DNA from: Chiloscyllium plagiosum
Lineage: Eukaryota
Length of the DNA stretch: 51,806 nt
Direction of reading: 5' to 3'
Assembly: GCF_004010195.1 (NCBI RefSeq)
Contig: NC_057760.1
Coordinates: forward strand, 2,325,158 to 2,376,963
The translations under genes and the position numbers were made by a program. Within the stretch, counting starts at the first letter, position 1, and each line of letters begins with the position of its first letter. Shown piece after piece: positions 47,690 to 51,806 of the stretch. The notes below the pieces were generated by a model. The model ran no database searches and had not been told where the DNA came from. It saw only the letters and a program-made list of their open reading frames with translations.

Positions 47690-47992
47690 AAAACAGTGTA
47701 GAGAGAGAGCTTTACTCTGTATCTAACCCCGTGCAGTCCCTGTCCTGGGAGTGTTTGATGAGGGGACAGTGTAGAGGAAGCTCTACTCTGTATCTAACCC
47801 CCTGCTGTCCCTGTCCCTGGGAGTGTTTCATGGGGAGGAGGGGAGGGGACAGTGTAGAGAGAGAGGTTTACTCTGTATCTAACCCCGTGCTGTCCCTGTC
47901 CCTGGGAGTGTTTGATGGGGGGGACAGTGTAGAGAGAGCTTTACTCTGTATCTAACCCTCTGCTGTCCCTGTCCTGGGAGTGTTTGATGAGG
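47690..47992 (+). repeat. Minisatellite, 4 units of about 73-83 bp (acagtgtagagagagctttactctgtatctaaccccgtgctgtccctgtcctgggagtgtttgatgggg)
   Basis: Directly visible; related copies at 51115-51280 and 14355-14560. Confidence 0.9.
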
Positions 47993-48246
47993 ATAGTGAT
48001 GTGGTTACTCCCCTTTGGGCTGTTACTGCTGAACAATAAATGCTGGCATAACCAGCGATGCCTGTATCCCAGGAAGGATTTTTCTTTTGTTGTAGTAGTC
48101 AGGTCCAGCCCTAACGACTGCCTGTCCCTTTCTTGTCGGAATCGGTGTTGTGAAGCTAGGGCTAGGGGAGGGATGTTGTGGGAGGTCTCCAGTAAACAAA
48201 TAGCACGCCCCCTCTTTCCCCCCCCCCTCCCCCACCGCAGACTCAC

Positions 48247-48351
48247 CAGAGTGCTACTTTTCTTAATGTCAGTCAGACGCTCCAGCACTGCGGCTAGGTT
48301 TGGGTCATCTGACTCCACAAACCATATGGGAGGCACCGAGGGATAGGATTC
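48247..48351 (-). CDS. UBE2Q1: UBE2Q1 exon 2 (RWD-like N-terminal region); exon 1 is outside the window
   Basis: gtttttcag|GAA ... CTG|gtgagt. Encodes [35 protein letters not shown]. Confidence 0.96.
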
Positions 48352-48619
48352 CTGAAAAACAGAAATACGGAACGTACAGTCAGCACAACGATGAATCCTC
48401 ACCTGACCAGCAACCCCCCAGCCCTACCCCCATTTACTCCAGCAAGGGAAAGCAAGCAGCAGTCACTGAACAGCAGGGTTCAGGCACAGGGACAATGGGC
48501 CGAAAGGCCTCTGTCTGAACCCCGAGTATTTGGGGAAAATAAAACATGCAGAGCTGAAGATGTAATGCTCCTGCGGAGGGCAGGGGGGGGGGGGGGGGGG
48601 GAATGCAAAGGCTCATGGA

Positions 48620-49087
48620 CAGAGATTCAGATTTATCAGGATGTTGCAGGGAATGGAGGTTTGAATTATGAGGAGAGACCGGGACATTTCCCCACTGGAG
48701 TTTGAGGTGACCTTATAGAGGTTTATAAAATCATAACAGGCATGGATAGGATTAATAGCAGGTGCCTTTTCCCTAGGGTAGGGGAGTTCAAGACTAAGGG
48801 GTAACTTTTTAAATGAGAGAGGAGAAAGATTTTTAAAAATGGGGGGGGGGGCTTTTTTTTCAAACATACGGAGGGGTTCGTATGTGGAACAAACATCTTC
48901 AGGAAGTGGTGGATGCAGGTACAATTACAATGTTTAAAAGACATTTGGAGAGGTTCATGGATAAGAATGGTTTGGAGAGATATAGGCCAAATGCAGGCAG
49001 GTCGGTAGGTGGGACTGGGTTAGTTTGGGATTATGGTCAGCATGGACTGGTTGGGCCGAAGGGTCCGTTTCCGTGCTGTATGACTCT
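48620..49087 (+). mobile_element. HER1/CR1 LINE 3' end
   Basis: gaggtgaccttatagaggtttataaaatcat...gttgggccgaagggtccgtttccgtgctgtatgactc. Confidence 0.8.
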
Positions 49088-50499
49088 TGCCAAATTAAGA
49101 CCACCCTTCACATCCCCGCCCATGTCTTAAGACACCAAGCTCAGATCGACTGGACGGAGGGAGGCAGATACAGGCAGAAGCCATTCTCTCCCCACTGGTG
49201 AAGCAAGGGTTAAAACGTGCCACATGGGAAAGTTCAATGCCTGCTCCTCACCACTGCCCAGGCCGAGCGAAGGGTGTCGCCTTGGACTCGGCACAATGCC
49301 TCGCCGAGCTGGGATGTCACTCAAGGAACAGTGCTTCCAACAAACCGCCAGCAGGACAAGGTCCTGAGGACGAGAGAGCACCACCACCACAGGCACAAGT
49401 CTGAACCCATCACGGGCTTTTACAAAGGGAAAACATGGCAGCTGTCACTGGGGAGCTGATGGCCAGTGCCAGACTATTAATCCAGAGACTCTGATAACGT
49501 TCTGGGGACCCGGATTTCAATCCTGTCACGGGATTTGCATTCAAGAAATATTAGGCATCTAATGATGACCATGAATCAATTCTCAGGAAAATGCCATCTG
49601 GCTTGAGGGGGAAGCAAACGGTCATCCTTACTTGTGCTGGCACTTAACTGGGCAATGAGGGACGGGTAATAAATGTCAGCCTGGCCAATGAATGAATAGG
49701 TCAAGGATCTGACCTTGCCCTCACTGGCACCAAGAGTAAGGTCACAAGGTAGTAATTAGGAATGGATTCCATTGCAAACTTTACATCAGAGATGGGCTGA
49801 ACAGCCTCCTGCTGTTCCCATGCAATGCACCCCAGCACAGGGACTCCTCCCAATCCTATGTAATACGCTCAACTGGATGAATGGCATGAGATGGGGCTGA
49901 ACAGTCTTCTCCTGTTCCTGTGGGAGCTGGATGGTTTCATACTATCCCTGCGTAATAAGCACAAGACGCAGGCTGAATGGCCTCCCCTGGTCAAAGAGCT
50001 GAGGCGGTAGTGGAAATACTTCTTCCAGTTCCTGCGTAATTCCAAATGTGGACCGGGAACTAGGTATGCTACTGACTCATCCTGTTTTCATTAGAGAGAT
50101 TCTGAAAAAAAATAATCCCTATTGACTAAGGTGGTGACATGGGAATTCAAGTTACCAGTGTTACAACTCGCAGCGCCAACAATGAGCTGTTATTTAATTG
50201 CAGGGTACAGGTGTGGTTTACATGCCAAAACCCCAGCTCCAGACAAGGCCTTGTCGTGACATAGCGTCCTCACCCTTGACACAACCACAAGAGTGTCTCT
50301 CCTCATCGCTGGGAGTCAGGGACTGAGCATGCAATAGGCTTTGGGAATAATTTCTGTGTGTTAGCAATGTCCCACCCGAAATCCAAACCATTAGCAACCA
50401 GATTCGAAAAGGAGAAAATGATGGCATAAACACTGAGCTTTGCACAACCTGACTTGTATCATCAGTTTTAAACTCTATACCTAACCCCATGCTCACCCT

Positions 50500-51090
50500 G
50501 TCAGAATTGTACAGTACGGAAACAGACCCTTCAGTCGAACTCGTACACGCTGAGTAAGTTTCCCAAATTAAATTAGCCCCATTTGCCAGTGTTTGGCCAG
50601 ATGCCTCCAGAAGAGGTCTCATCAGCATCCTGTACAATCTCAACATGACATCCCAACTTCAACACTCAGTGGTCTGAGCAATGAAGGCATATATGCCAAA
50701 CGCCTTCTTAACCACCTGTAGCGCAACTTACGGCAAACAACAGGCCTGAACCTCTCGGCCTCTCTACTCCGCAATACTCCCCAGGGGCCCACCATTAAAT
50801 GTGCGAGTCCTGTCCTTGTTCGTATTAACAAAATGCAACACCTTGTATTTATCTAAATTAAACTCCATCCGCCATTCCTTGGCCCAACTGATCAAGATCC
50901 CTTTGCAATCTTAGACAACCTTCCTCACTGTCCCCTCTACCACCAATTTGGTGTCATCTGCAAGCTTTCTAACCATCAAAATCATTTATATAAATGACAA
51001 ACAACAGTGGACCCAGCACCCATCCCTGAGGAACACTGGTAGGCACAGGCTTTCAGACTGAAAAAAATCAACCCTCCATTACCACCCGCT
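50500..51090 (-). mobile_element. CR1 LINE fragments
   Basis: Minus strand reads [19 protein letters not shown]...ADDTK and MLRLYRMLMRPLLE. Confidence 0.75.
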
Positions 51091-51114
51091 TTCAGGTCTG
51101 TGTGACGTGAAGAT

Positions 51115-51282
51115 GGTGTAGAGGGAGCTTTACTCTATATCATTCTGTCCCTGTCCTGGGAATGTTTGGTGGGGTTGTGGGGGGGGGAAAAAAAGAGTGT
51201 AGAGGGAGCTTGACTTTGTATTCAGCCCAGTGCTGTCCCTGTCCTCGGAGTGTTTAATGGGGTCAATACAGAGAGAGCATTA
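51115..51282 (+). repeat. Degenerate copies of the ~75-bp minisatellite
   Basis: gtgtagagggagctttactctatat...ctgtccctgtcctgggaatgtttgg. Confidence 0.7.
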
Positions 51283-51806
51283 CCTTCAGCTTAAAGAACA
51301 CAAGGATTTCACTGGGTTTTACATCTGTTGCTAGCTTTATCAAAACCATTAGAGTGCCTTTCACTAGAGTCCTTTTCCTCCCATTTCTGCAGAATAGGGA
51401 ATAGTCCTCTTGACATCTTTCAACATCATTTCAATTTTCAGGAGTAAAGCAATCACAGGCACGATAGGGTGACTGGCTGCCTCCTGTCCTTATTTGTGTT
51501 AGGAGTGTCACCTGTGCTCCAACTAACCCTTCGATAATCTCCCTATTTTACAAATGGAGATCAGAAGCCAGATAATAGCAAGAGCACAGTCCCAGCATGC
51601 ACAGGAAGAATGAAAGACCCCTATTACATTCAGGGGGGGTTCACTGCACTAAGTACAAGCTTGCATCGTCACAACACAGGGGTTAATTTACAGAAACAAA
51701 ACATTTGGCACAATCAGTTTCCATACCCCGGTGTTACACAGCAACAAACCTGCCCACCCCCCCCCCCCACCCCCCCCCCCCCCCCCCCCCCAAGTACCAT
51801 ACCCCA

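Noticed and set aside
21522..48351. Assignment as UBE2Q2 rather than UBE2Q1
   Set aside because: Residues such as [50 protein letters not shown] and SQYSLTRAQQSYKSLV match recalled Q1, and the TDRD10 neighbour agrees.
48352..51806. UBE2Q1 exon 1 or promoter
   Set aside because: No ...RIHCNIT-type coding sequence or CpG island was seen. The region is intron 1, and the 5' end lies beyond the window.

Overview
Eukaryotic, intron-rich, repeat-dense vertebrate DNA, almost certainly from a shark or other elasmobranch (HE1 V-SINEs, HER1/CR1 LINEs, Deu-domain SINEs). Two convergent spliced genes can be rebuilt exon by exon with GT-AG junctions and matching phases. On the + strand are the last five coding exons of a TDRD10 orthologue (2073-13481). 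On the - strand are coding exons 2-13 of UBE2Q1 (48351-21522, 313 aa visible; exon 1 lies beyond the window). The rest is mostly decayed retroelements. The most notable non-gene signals are: (i) at least three families of Penelope-like or derived elements carrying minimal hammerhead-ribozyme motifs, including short non-coding fold-back elements with target-site duplications; (ii) a 644-nt adenine-free tract directly upstream of the UBE2Q1 exon-4 acceptor, implying a very distant or non-A branch point; (iii) a possibly deeply conserved UBE2Q1 3'UTR block; (iv) a sense-oriented solo LTR in UBE2Q1 intron 6. No prokaryotic systems or CRISPR arrays are present. Homology calls come from recalled sequences, not database searches.
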